From contig CM097885.1 of assembly GCA_044892525.1 (NCBI GenBank), positions 41,232,001-41,296,000 of the forward strand: a stretch of 64,000 nt of DNA, in the 5' to 3' direction. Positions within the stretch are counted from its first letter, which is position 1, and each line of letters opens with the position of its first letter. This DNA is from Schmidtea polychroa (Eukaryota). The translations under genes and the position numbers were made by a program. The notes under the pieces were generated by a model that made no database searches, was not told the DNA's origin, and was given only the letters and a program-made list of their open reading frames with translations. Shown piece by piece: positions 34,601 through 46,210 of this stretch.

Positions 34601-36014
34601 TACAACAGAGTCTCTCATGTTTAATAGCAAAAAGTTTTGAAGTTGAATGATATAAACATCTTTTACAACATATGCCTCCACGAATGAGTGTGTTTCCTTT
34701 CATAAAACTTTGAAAATTCTTTATTAAGATATAATGAAGTTTTTTATCTAACATAGTGCCTCCGGACGCAGTGCTTTCTGCTTCTGGTTCTAATGAAATG
34801 CCTTCTTCTGCTTCCATAACCTTCGGGTGAATACTTTGAACCTCTTCACCATATTCTTCTCCATCAAACTCTTCGTCTGCTTTACCTTCTTCTAATATTA
34901 AAAGATCTACTTCTCTCTTTTCATCTGAGATTTCCATATTAGAAATGTAAATAGGAATAATTTGTTTATAATTTTTATTTTTTCTAGTTTTTGTAATTTT
35001 GGTTGGAATGAATTGATAAATATTAATTTTAAGATTATTTAATTTTTCAAATGCTGGAACATCTTCAATTTTCTTTGGGTGGGAAAAATCTTTTGGATAT
35101 ATTAATTCAGATTCATATTCTTCATATTTTTGAACTCTCTGTGGGTTAGTTGCTTGAGGATGTAAGTGTGCAAGTATTGACCATTGAAAACATTTATTAT
35201 CTTTATTCTGTACATTTATAACATGGTTGGAGGTGAATGATGTATGAATAAAAGATTTAGGATTTGGTGGTGCACCTCTCCAGTATTCAATCTCTATGTT
35301 TTGAAAAGAGTGGAATCTTAAATTAGATTCTCCTAGTTCTTGTTCCACCTGTTCTTGTTTTTCTTCCAATTCTTTAGCTATATCATTAACAAGTTTATTT
35401 CCTGCTTTTGTAGAAAATAAATATTTATATGAGGTTTCAATTTTTACATCTAGAGGCATTGCGATCGAATCATCTCCTCTCCAGTATTTTGCATTTCCTG
35501 TAAATTTAACTTTTATAACATTAAATCTTGATCTACCAAATTTTTTTATAGCATCATCCATTGATGATATTATTTTTTTTTTATTTTCTCTTATATATTG
35601 CATGATTGATCTGGGTCCTCGTTTTACTTCTGCAATTACATCGGTGTGATTGAAGTCATCCCAATTAAACTCTAGTTTTTCAGCTTTTTCAGTCATTGAG
35701 TTTGAATCAGAATCTTTTGCTTCAAGACCACAATCTTCTATGTGTCTTAAGTAAAAAGATTTTATCCTCATCTTTTTTCCACATGCTGAACATTCGAATA
35801 TTTCTCTGTTTTTAGGAACTCCAATACAATTTTTAAAATGTTTCTTATAACCTGAAAATAAATATCTATCCTTACATTTAGTACAGATTTTGGAATTAGT
35901 GTCATCTAGTGTGTTAGCTTTTATTAAATGGTCTTTTGATTTTTTATGAGATGTTAAAGCAGTTTTATTTTTAAAATATTTTTCACAAATTTCACAATTG
36001 AAAATAGCTTCCAT
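31629..36014 (-). CDS. polB: Protein-primed family B DNA polymerase (pPolB) with N-terminal zinc fingers and an endonuclease VII-like domain
   Basis: Exo motifs YCDFE, FHNLFGYD, DVYILAD; Pol motifs YIDATALY, KLLNNAVFGK, MDTDS; CWMC...DHDH...YRGAAHKNCNL insert; N-terminal CxxC/H fingers. Confidence 0.96.
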   Translation of the reverse strand: MEAIFNCEICEKYFKNKTALTSHKKSKDHLIKANTLDDTNSKICTKCKDRYLFSGYKKHFKNCIGVPKNREIFECSACGKKMRIKSFYLRHIEDCGLEAKDSDSNSMTEKAEKLEFNWDDFNHTDVIAEVKRGPRSIMQYIRENKKKIISSMDDAIKKFGRSRFNVIKVKFTGNAKYWRGDDSIAMPLDVKIETSYKYLFSTKAGNKLVNDIAKELEEKQEQVEQELGESNLRFHSFQNIEIEYWRGAPPNPKSFIHTSFTSNHVINVQNKDNKCFQWSILAHLHPQATNPQRVQKYEEYESELIYPKDFSHPKKIEDVPAFEKLNNLKINIYQFIPTKITKTRKNKNYKQIIPIYISNMEISDEKREVDLLILEEGKADEEFDGEEYGEEVQSIHPKVMEAEEGISLEPEAESTASGGTMLDKKLHYILIKNFQSFMKGNTLIRGGICCKRCLYHSTSKLFAIKHERLCCKNQPALIKMPHKKNANMRFKNYSNLLEALGVVYCDFEAINVKLRRTKTNTVKLTKQLPSAYKMFFKSNYPELVESREYSFRGTSDKETLDHFVETLNNLEHELYIILKSNFPMNFSEEQEEEYKNATHCWMCKQEFEDEESTSELKVPDHDHFKIENNYRGAAHKNCNLNCKKPTHIPFIFHNLFGYDIHLFIKHLAANAKNSFKVIGLTKEKYKSIQYGCFKFLDSLNFLGMSLDGIAKTMNPEDFKYTKEHVLLKNNIPLEEYNTCLAKGIYPYDYIDSFEKYNELLPAQEDFFSVLTQSGISDQEYSRALKMWNLFNCRNLGEYTDMYLSLDVYILADCFETFSKAFELKPYNYITAPSLAWDILLYSIWTDEDIAERNKTIELLVDLDMFNVYKHNIRGGISSVQGNREINANNFTTLYPKFFKDTDALYVEITNPEDREEILEGLSNPSEIMYIDATALYAGVMTQYLPIGKFTWEEPTEELIQEILKTPKNSQYGYVIECDLEYPNEIKSRTRFFPFAPVRRKISTEELSDWQMAQDRSPCIKLLCDQTDKTDYLCHYRLLQFYLSHGMVLKKVHSIIKFRQAPFMKKFIEGNILKRNAAKRAGNAFLDMIYKLLNNAVFGKTMENMDKYTRVELLTNTSKDLNRYNRIIGKPTFKNAEIFSSNLIAIEIKNSVKTYNKPIFIGFSILELSKLQMYEAYYDVLVPHFGDRISMHAMDTDSMFLKGYSKDLKKEIREDPTLNKLINNSGELFTFKDEKPNTPITGGVFIRPKQYSLEMKDKPIMKEHTIKFIIEGSVEVDRTFEYPSFPENPKSYKENKSKGIQKSVSKTFTHQEYKDSLNINYKNKIAKTHHLKSEKHNIYLEECNKIAITNYDDKRFILSDLKTTLPIGNDLIPIIKNLDKINEIYNLEITDLQLAKVEIQYPEILIPKPLYNQVQNIKPIELKYFNTDPEYIQGLTPEDFKSHKLMLKSITAEIIINQLRLV

Positions 36015-36117
36015 TTTTAAAAGAATTTTTTGGTTGGATACGATGTTTTGGTTTTGATATTAATTTTTATTAATTTTTAAATCCTTATAACGTTAAATCC
36101 TTAAATCCTTTAAATCC

Positions 36118-36380
36118 TTAAATCCTTAAGACCAAGTAGTGAGGAATCTATGCACCCCGTTACCTTTTCTCGGAATTACTAATCTATAAATACATCTATT
36201 CCGAACTTTTTTACTTTTAAGGGAAGAAATTAAGGGTTAATGGCAATAGGGGACAAAGTTTAAAAGTTAAAAAAAGTGAAGAATATGGGGTAAAAAAGCA
36301 TATAAATGTGGAAAATATGGGTCAATAGCGCTGTTTTTTTTGAGGGTGGGGGTGCTGGGGTGCATAGATTCCTCACTACT
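36118..36380 (-). repeat. Right TIR of Polinton
   Basis: Reverse complement of the left TIR; internal AGTAGTGAGGAATCTATGCACCCC at 36135. Confidence 0.95.
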
Positions 36381-37392
36381 AATAATCATGAAATCCACAA
36401 AAATAATAGAAATTTACAAAAATCAAAGAAATTCACAAAAATGATAAAAATTCATGAAAATGATAGAAATTCACAAAAACGATAAAAATTCATAAAAATT
36501 ATAGCAATTCGCAAAAATAATAGGAAATTCACAAAAATGATAGATATCCACAAAAATTACAGATAATCAAAAAAATTACGGAAAATAATAGAAATCCGCA
36601 AAAATAATAGAAATTCACAAAAAACGATAAAAATTCACAATAAAAAAACGATAAAAATTCACAAAAAAGATAGAAATTTACTTGAATAAAACCATCAACT
36701 CTAAAAATTATCAATACCTTAAACACATTTGTCTAAATAATCATTCAAATAAAAGCATTAAATACCTTTACGACTAATACCCTTGCGACATGTTGAATGT
36801 GAGTAGTACCCTTGTGAGCAATACCCATAGGGGGACAGAATATTTTGTCGGATAAACTCAGAGTATATATTAATTAACTCATTCTTCATTGAATTAGTTA
36901 AATTATCATAATTTCAATAAAAATTCTAAAGTGGTAAGCAATGAAAAGAGAAATATTCTTTAAACTTTGATAAAATTAACAATGAAGGTGGTAAGAATCT
37001 TCATTAAAGTGAGGAAATTATTCATTACTCGATTCAAATGGGTGAAAATAATTGGTAGAATAATTCATTAATGGAGGTAGAAATGAGAAGTAGTATGGAT
37101 AAGATGAAGGTTGATAAGAATGGATGTATTGCAACTATTTTCTAAAAATTAACACTTTAATAAAAAAAAAACTTTTAAAACAAATATTTGTGGGGATGTT
37201 TTAAGTGAATAATTAATCAAAATCGGTGGAATATAAGTAGAAAATCGGGGTGGGGGGTTATAGGCGAATAATTAATGGAAATTCGAGGGATACAAATGAT
37301 TAAATAGTGGAAAATCGTGGGAATATAAGTGATAATAATTAGTGGGGTATTGAGAATCGGAGAATATAAGTGATAATAATTAGTGGGGTATT

Positions 37393-37647
37393 CTGCCCTC
37401 CTTATCAAATAGACAGTAACTGCAAAAATACACTTAGGAGATAAATAACAAAACGTGTTTTCAATTCTGCCAACCAGTTAACCTAAACCAATCATCCATT
37501 TATATTTGTTTGCATCTAGGCCTAGTGATGCAGTTTAAAATGCAGTTAGCAAATTGAATGAAGGTTAATTGCAACTGCATACATTTGACGCCTCTAACTC
37601 GATTTTTGTAGTTTTGTCAGTTACGGTCTATTTGATAAGGAGGGCAG
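37393..37647. mobile_element. MITE with 4-bp TSD
   Basis: TIR CTGCCCTCCTTATCAAATAGAC.GTAACTG / CAGTTAC.GTCTATTTGATAAGGAGGGCAG; TSD TATT; absent from the mirror arm. Confidence 0.88.
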
Positions 37648-37756
37648 TATTGAGAATCGGTGGAATATAAGTGAGAAGGATATGTAATTTAAACTATTTT
37701 ATTACGTAACAAGCCGCGACTAGTTTATTACATAACAAGCTGTGAATAGTATTTTA

Positions 37757-38624
37757 CCAACATTTTACCTAGTATGTAATTTAATTTTAATTATATTTTA
37801 AAATTGTATATATTTTCAATATCATTATATTGTTTTTTATTCCAATAATAAGTTTAAAAAGTCTAATGATTAATAAATTAATATCTTGTTAACATTTATT
37901 TTAGAATTTAAAAAACTTTACTTAAAATTTAGTGAAGTATTTAATTTTGATTTTATTTTATAAGACATATATTTAAGTATTAGCTTATTTTGATTGAAGT
38001 TTCATATTTAATATTATGATGATTGCTTTCAAAATATTTTAGTGTAAAATAATAAATTTAATAATAAATAGAATACAATATTAAACAACTTTTTGAAAAA
38101 AAAAAGTAACTTTTAATATCTAATCAATAAGTTTAAAAAGTCTATTACTGCTAATACACTAATTTCTTATTTACATTTACTTATAAAATTTATATTTTTA
38201 AATTTAGTTTAAATTATTTAATTTTAATTGTATTTTATAAAAGTCATCTATTTGATTAAAAAGGGTAATATAATTAATAATATGATAATTGTTTTTGAAA
38301 TATTTAGTGTAGAATAATAAATTTATTAATAAATAATTATTACAATATTAAAGGACTTATACAACAAAATTTTTGTCTTATTCCATAAAAAAGTTTAAAA
38401 TTATGTAACTGGTAATAGATTAATTTCTTATTTACATTTATTTAAAAAAGCTTTACTTATAAAATTTATATTTTCTAAGATTTATATTTGAATATTAACT
38501 TATTTTGATTGAAAAAGGTAATTGATTTAGAAATTATTTAGTGTAAATCAAAACATTTAAATTATTAAGGTTTTAAAGTACCTATTCAAAAATTAAAAAA
38601 AAACCTAATCAATAATTCTCAATA
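37757..38624. repeat. Central spacer of the palindrome with ~270-bp diverged tandem repeats
   Basis: AAGTTTAAAA...TAAT.TCTT.TT.ACATTTA recurs near 37850, 38130 and 38390. Confidence 0.65.
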
Positions 38625-41600
38625 AAATACCATTCACAGCTTGTTATGTAATAAAATAGTCGCGGCTTGTTATGTAATAAACTAGTTACGGCTTGTTATG
38701 TAATAAACTAGTTTAAATTATATATCCTCATCACTTATATTCACTATTATTCTCCACTATTTAATCCCTATATTTTCCACCGATTTTCCATTAGTTATTC
38801 ACTTATAACCCTCACCCCCGATTTTCTACTTATATTCCACCGATTTTGATTAATTATTCACTTAAAACATCCCCACAAATATTTGTTTTAAAAATTTTTT
38901 TTATTAAATTTATGAATTTTATGAAATAATTTTAAATAATATATTTCCATTCTTATCAACCTTCATGTTATCTATGCCACTTCTCATTATTTACCTCCAT
39001 TAATGAATTATTCTACCAATTATTTTCACCCATTTGAATCGAGTAATGAATAATTTCCTCACTTTAATGAAGATTCTTACCACCTTCATTGTTAATTTTA
39101 TCAAAGTTTAAAGAATATTTCTCTTTACATTGCTTACCACTTTAGAATTTTTATCGAAATTTATGATAATTTTACTGATTCAATGAAGAATGAGTTAATT
39201 AATATATACTCTGAGTTTATCCGACAAAATATTCTGTCCCCCTATGGGTATTGCTCACAAGGGTACTACTCACATTCAACATGTCGTAAGTGTATTAGTC
39301 GTAAAGGTATTTAATGCTTTTATTTGAATGATTATTTAGGCAAATGTGTTTAAGGTATTGATAATTTTTAGAGTTGATGGTTTTATTCAAGTAAATTTCT
39401 ATCATTTTTATGAATTTTTATGAATTTTTTGTGGATTTTTATCATTCTTGTGAATTTCTATCATTTTTGTGAATTTCCATTATTTTCATGAATTTCCGTA
39501 ATTTTTTGTGAATTTTTATCGTTTTTTGTAGATTTCCATCATTTCATGAATTTTTATCATTTTTGTGAATTTCTTTGATTTTTGTAAATTTCTATTATTT
39601 TTGTGTATTTCTAACATTTTTGCAAATTTCATGTTTATTGAATGAATATTTAATAATTTAAAGTTAGTTCTAAGATAAATTTAATTAATTTCTTGATAAT
39701 TGGATGTATTTTTAATTTTAAATAAAAATTATTTTCAATGAGGTTAATAATTAGAGATTTTACAATAATGAAGTGATATGATAAATTTTTATGAGGATAT
39801 TGAATAATTTTCTAAGAATTTCATGTTGACTGATAAATTTAATTGATAAATTTAATTAATTTCTTGATAATTAGTTGTATTTTATTGAATAGTTTTTAAA
39901 TAAAAATTAATTTCATTGACAATTAGGTTAATAATTAAGTGATTTTTGATGATAACTTTGTAATGTATTTGACTAAATAATTTTTCAATAATTTTCTAAG
40001 AATATTTACACATTGATGCACTTTAAAAAACATAAGCTAAGAAACCAACTTTATCAATGACTTTAAATTTACTTGATAATTATTGTAGGATATACAGAAA
40101 TTTAGTTTGCTGTTATTGCTTGAAAATGATTGGTTGAATCGATGAAGAATTATGATCAATCAATATATATCATCTCCAGTATTTGATGGTAAATATTTGT
40201 AGAAAATATTGATTTTTGATCTTTTAGTGAACTTTTACTACATAGCTAATAAATTATTTCAATGGAAGAATATTTGGTGTCTATAACAATTAAGTCATAT
40301 CTTTGAAGTTCTTTAAAGATTTTAAGACTGAATTGAATTAAAGGAGGATTCAAGTGGGTAGAATTGAAGGATATATTCGGTTAGATGTTTAAAGAGGTAG
40401 AAATATTTGCTGAGAGATCGATTAAGATGGGAATATATGATCTTTTGAGGGGATATAGTTGGTTAGATTTAATGAAGGATGGGTTAAGATGGAAATAGAT
40501 CATTGTAAGGGAGATATAGTCGGTTAGATTAAATGAGGGATAGGTTAAGATGGGAATATATATCATTGTAAGGGAGATATAGTCGATTGACTTTAATGAA
40601 GGATGGGTTAAGATGGGAATATAGTCGGTTAAATTTAATGAGAGATGGGTTAAGATGAGAATATATGATTTTTTTTAATGGTGATGTTGGTAAAATATCA
40701 TTGTTTTAAGGGAAATGTCAATTAGTCAGTTATGAATCAATAATAATGTGAAATTATATCGTTTTATTAGGTTGTGATTAATGCACAGTAAATTAATTTA
40801 GAACACTGTTTTATTAAGTAGGGATAATGATCGATTTACTTGGTTTTGATAATGAAATCTTTACAGATAATTGGGATTGATATCAACTTTAAATTATTTT
40901 TTTTCCCTTTATTTAAGCGGAGAATGACAAAAGTTTAGAAATAGGGACTTAAAACATTGATCTTCATTGGAAGAAATCTTTATTTTAATTAGTAATTAAA
41001 TCGGTTGAATATTGGTAAAAATGATCATTTGAAGAAATATATTTTATTGAATGGATAAATTTAATATTTCAATGGGACCTAGTCAGTTATATTGAAGTAA
41101 TATTTATTTAAAATATCGAGTACAGTGATTAACAAAAATTTAATTATAACCACTTTTATCATTAGATTTTATAAATTATTTAGGGTTAATGATTTTACAT
41201 GTTTAATAGGGAAATATTCGTGATAATAGGAATTAAAGTTAGAATTATAGTCATTTAAATGGGACTTTAAGCAATCTTATTAGTCTGAGGGGAATATATG
41301 ATCCTTTAAGGGTACTTATCATTAAAATATCAATCTTTAAATATTGATATATTTAGGGGAAATGATGCTTTTTAGATGATTTTAATGAATTATTTGTAAT
41401 AATATGAATTAAGGGTAGAAATATAGTCATTTAAGGGATTTTAAGGAATCTTATTAGTTTGATGAGAATATATGATCTTTAACAAGTATTTATCATTACA
41501 ATACCAATCTTTAAATATTGATATATTTAGGGAAAATGATGCTTTTTAGATGATTTTATTAGAGAATTCACTTGGATATACCAATTATTGTCATTTAAAT

Positions 41601-42894
41601 GAATTTACTGGTTTGTTAGATGTTATCATTAGTTATCTAGTCTCTTTTGGAATTTAATGATAATTATTTTTATTGTAGATTGCTGACTTTGATAATTGTA
41701 ATGAATTTATACTGATTTTTTGAAACTATTGAGAAATCAGTCAATCAATTTGAGTACATGTATTACTTTTACAAAAATAATTAAAATTAATTTTATTCAA
41801 TCTAAATCTAGATCTTATTTCAAAACTTTTATTAATTTATTATCTTAGTTGATTCAACTTGAATGATCAGTATTTTTTTTATTTACTGGATGATTAATGA
41901 TTAGAATTTTTTCCTGTCCATTAATTAAATTTTTATGATATTTATTTTGAATAATTTAAATTTTTACAATAATTTAATCAAATTTTACCTAGTTATTGAT
42001 GCCTTGAGTTCAATTAATTTTCCATCTAATTTTTCAAGTGATGAGTATTTGCTTTTAAAGATCAATTTGTTAGTACATAGTTGTAGGTTGTAAGTAGTTG
42101 GTTGACTTTTTAGATTTTGATAAGAAAATAGTGTATGCGATGAAGAATATTTTGTATTTAATTGCTATTATTTTTATGTGTTGTTAGTTGATTGTTGGTA
42201 CTAAGTTGTTGGTATCTTGTATTTGGTAGTAGGTACAATGTTGTTTACTGATTGTTGTTATATAGTTGTAGGTTGATAATGCTTAGTACCTGGTTGTTGT
42301 CGGTTGTGAGTACTTGGTATCTGGTTGATAGCTTGTTGATAGTACTTAGTAACTAGTTAATGGGTAGGTGGTGGTTGAGTGTTACCAGTACCCTTACGAC
42401 TAATACCCTTACGACCAGTACCCTTACGACCTGTACCCTTAGGGGGTCAAAACATCCTGTCGGATAGACTTAGAGTATATATAATAAAACTGATCAACAA
42501 TAAGTATTTATTGAATGCGATTTTTACTTTGCAATAATAAGTCAGTAGTTATCATTTAAAAGAAGAATGTTTTGTAAATTAGAATTCATTAGTCTTTCAT
42601 TGTAATTAAAATTATTTTGAATTCCACGTGGTGATGAGTTGTGGTTTTTTGGTGAAAATCAACATTTTTGTTAAATTTGAAAAGGTTTTTCTAATGATTG
42701 TAATTAAATATATTTTTGAAGATAGATAAAAAATTAATTTAAAAAGCATTTCATAAAATACAGTGAAGAATATTTAGTAGTTATTTGTAAGTATCTGGTT
42801 GTTTGAGAGTTAGTTAGTACGTGGTATCATGTTGTAAGTATTTGTTAGCACCTAGTTAAAAAATAATCAGTAACCGATTGTTGGTAACTGTTGA

Positions 42895-42931
<37 letters not shown>

Positions 42932-43229
42932 CATTTAAATTTCCATTTAAATTTCCATTATAAATTACATTTCTCAAAAAAGTTGGTGGTTATTCAATCT
43001 TTTGATAATAAATTTAAAAATCTTACTTTAATTTACTTATTTAGCTTTAATTTAAAATTTGAACCATTGGATACTTAATTTTAAATTTTGAACCTTAATT
43101 TACTTATTTAAAATTTTTAATTTTAATTTACCTAATTATTCTTTATTTCTTAATTTTACACCATAATTTACTTAACAACTAAATATAATCCTTATTTTCA
43201 TATTTAACCAATAATTTCATGTGGTCATA

Positions 43230-46210
43230 TGGTTGTAAGTGTTTGGTATCTAGTTGACAGTGCTTAGTACTAGGTAAGTTACTTGGTTGTTAGTACTTGG
43301 TTGATAATGCTTAGTTGTTGGTTGTAAGTACTTGGTATCATGTTGTAAGTAACTAGTTGTAGGTAATTAATGCTTAGTAGTTGGTAACTGGTTGTTAGTA
43401 CTTGGTAGGTGGTAGTTAGTTGTTAGTAACTAGTTGTAGGTATCTGGTTGTTGGCGGTTGTTAGTACTTGGTATCTGGTACCTGGTTAGTTGATGATGCT
43501 TAGTACCTGGTTGATGTTGGTTGTAAGTACTTGGTATCTAGTTGATAGCTGGTTGTTTTTAGTTGTAGGTACTTAGTAGTTGGTTAATAATGCTTAGTAA
43601 CTGGTTGTTGACGGTTGAGTGCTTGGTAGGTGGTAGCTAGTTGGTTGATTGTTTTTGGTTGTTAGTACTTGGTATCAGGTAACTGGTTGTTAGTATCTAG
43701 TTGTAGGTATCTGGTTGATGTTGGTTGTAGGTACTTATTAGTTGGTTGTAGGTACTTAGTAGTTGGTAATTAATGGTTAGTACCTGGTTGTTGTGGGTTG
43801 TTAGTACTTGGTATCAGGTAACTGGTTGTTAGTAACTAGTTGTAGGTATCTGGTTGGTAATACATGTTCGTAAGTTACTGGTTGTTGGTACTTAGTAGGT
43901 GGTTAATAATGCTTAGTACCTGGTTGTTGTTGGTTGTATGTACTTGGTAGTTAGTTGTTAGTACTTGGTACCTAGTTGGTTGCATGTTTTTGGTTGTAGG
44001 TACTTGGTATCAGGTATCTGGTTGTTAGTATCTAGTTGTAGGTATCTGGTTGATGTTGGTTGTAGGTACTTAGTAGTTGATTGTAGGTACTTAGTAGTTG
44101 GTAATTAATGCTTAGTACCTGGTTGTTGTTGGTTGTTAGTACTTGTTAGGTGGTAGTTAGTTGTTAGCTGGTTGTTGTGGGTTGTGAGTAGTTGGTAGGT
44201 GGTAGCTAGTTGTTAGTACTTGGTAGGTGGTAGCTAGTTGTTAGTACTTGGTACCTAGTTGGTTGCTTGTTTTTGGTTGTTAGTACTTGTTAGGTGGTTG
44301 TAGGTACTTGGTAGGTACTTAGTAGTTGGTAATTATTCTTAGTACCTGGTTGTTAGTTGATTGTTGGTACTTAGTAGGTGGTTGTAGGTACTTAGTATCA
44401 GGTAACTGGTTGTTAGTACTTGGTATCTAATACCTAGTTAGCTGGTTGTAGCTAGTTAATGGGTAGGTGGTTGTAGGTACTTAGTAGTTGGTAAATGGTT
44501 GTAAGTATCTGGTTGTTTGAGAGTTAGGTAGTGCGTGGTATCTAGTTGTAAGTACTTGCTATCAGGTAACTAGTTGTTAGTAACTAGTTGTAGGTATCTG
44601 GTTGTTAGTAACTAGTTGTAGGTATCTGGTTGTAAATACATGTTGGTACTAAGTTGTTGGTTTGTTGTTGAATTATTATTATTATTATTATTTCATAAAA
44701 ATTTCCATTAAAAATTAACTTAAAAAATTATTTCATAAAAATTTCCATTAAAAATTACTTAAAAAATTATTTCATAAAAATTTCCATTAAAAATTACTTA
44801 AAAAATTATTCCATAAAAATTTTCATTAAAAAATTTCAATTCTCAAACACCTTCAACTTTTTGTTAATAAATTTTAAAATCTTACTTTAATTTACTTATT
44901 ACATTACTTTAATTTACTTATTTAAAAATTATTACTTTAATTTACTTATTTAAAAATTATTACTTTAATTTACTTATTTAAAATTTTTTTACCATTGATT
45001 ACTTAATTTTTAAAATTTGGACCTTAATTAACTTTAATTTAATTTTTTAGAACCTTAATTTAGTTATTTGAGCCCATTCATTACTTTAATTTAAAAATTT
45101 GGACCATAATTTACTTTATTTTAATTTTTTAGAACCTTAATTTACTTTAATTCAATTTTTAGAACCATAATTTACTTTAATTTAAATTTTTTGGACCATA
45201 ATTTACTTTAATTTAATTTTTAGAATCATTATTTACTGTAATTTAATTTTTTAGAACCATTATTTACTGTAATTGAAAAATTTGGACCATAATTTACTGT
45301 AATTCTAAATTTTTGACCATAATTTACTGTAATTAAATTTTTTAGGACCATAATTTACTGTATTTGAAAAATTTGGACCATAATTTACTGTAATTTAATT
45401 TTTTAGGACGATTATTTACTTTAATTTAATTTTTTAGGACCATAATTTACTGTATTTGAAAAATTTGGACCATAATTTACTGTAATTTAATTTTTTAGGA
45501 CCATTATTTACTTTAATTGAAAAATTTACCACGTTTTTTAGTGTAGACCACCTTTTTCTCAGGACCAAGGAGACCCACCTCACTATAGTCTGAAAAATCC
45601 TTGGCTTTTTTAGTGTAGACCGCCTATTTGTATTGAAAATATCCTGAGACCCTAAATTACCATGCTTCTTTATTGAAGACCGCCTTTTTGTATTGAAAAT
45701 ATCCTGAGACCTTAAATTACCATGCTTTTTTATTGAAGACCAGCTTTTGTATTGAAAATATCCTGAGACCTTAAATTACCATGCTTTTTTATTGATAGTC
45801 GGATTTTTGTATTGAAAATATCCTGAGACCTTAAATTACCATGCTTCTTTATTGAAGACAGCCTTTTTGTATTGAAAATATCCTGAGACCTTAAATTACC
45901 ATGCTTTTTTATTGAAGACCAGCTTTTGTATTGAAAATATCCTGAGACCTTAAATTACCATGCTTTTTTATTGTAGACCAGCTTTTGTATTGAAAATATC
46001 CTGAGACCTTAAATTACCATGCTTTTTTATTGATAGTCGGATTTTTGTATAGAAAAAATTTTTTTGTATTGAAAATCCCAGGACCATCGAGACCCCCGCA
46101 CTATAGTCTGAAAATTCTATGCTTTTTTAGTGGTAGTCGGATTTTTGTATTGAAAAAAAATTTTTGTATTGAAAATCCCAGGACCATCGAGACCCCCTCA
46201 CTATAGTGTG
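43230..46210 (-). repeat. Subterminal tandem-repeat blocks, right arm
   Basis: Reverse complements of the left-arm blocks; a ~59-bp GTATTGAAAATATCCTGAGACCTTAAATTACCATGC unit is expanded to about 7 copies (45630-46030). Confidence 0.9.

Larger units (their letters stand above)
21173..36380. mobile_element. Polinton/Maverick (adintovirus-like) endogenous dsDNA virus, apparently intact
   Basis: Near-identical TIRs starting AGTAGTGAGGAATCTATGC; 6-bp TSD AATAAT (21167-21172, 36381-36386); uninterrupted ORFs for pPolB, integrase, MCP, mCP, ATPase and protease. Confidence 0.97.
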
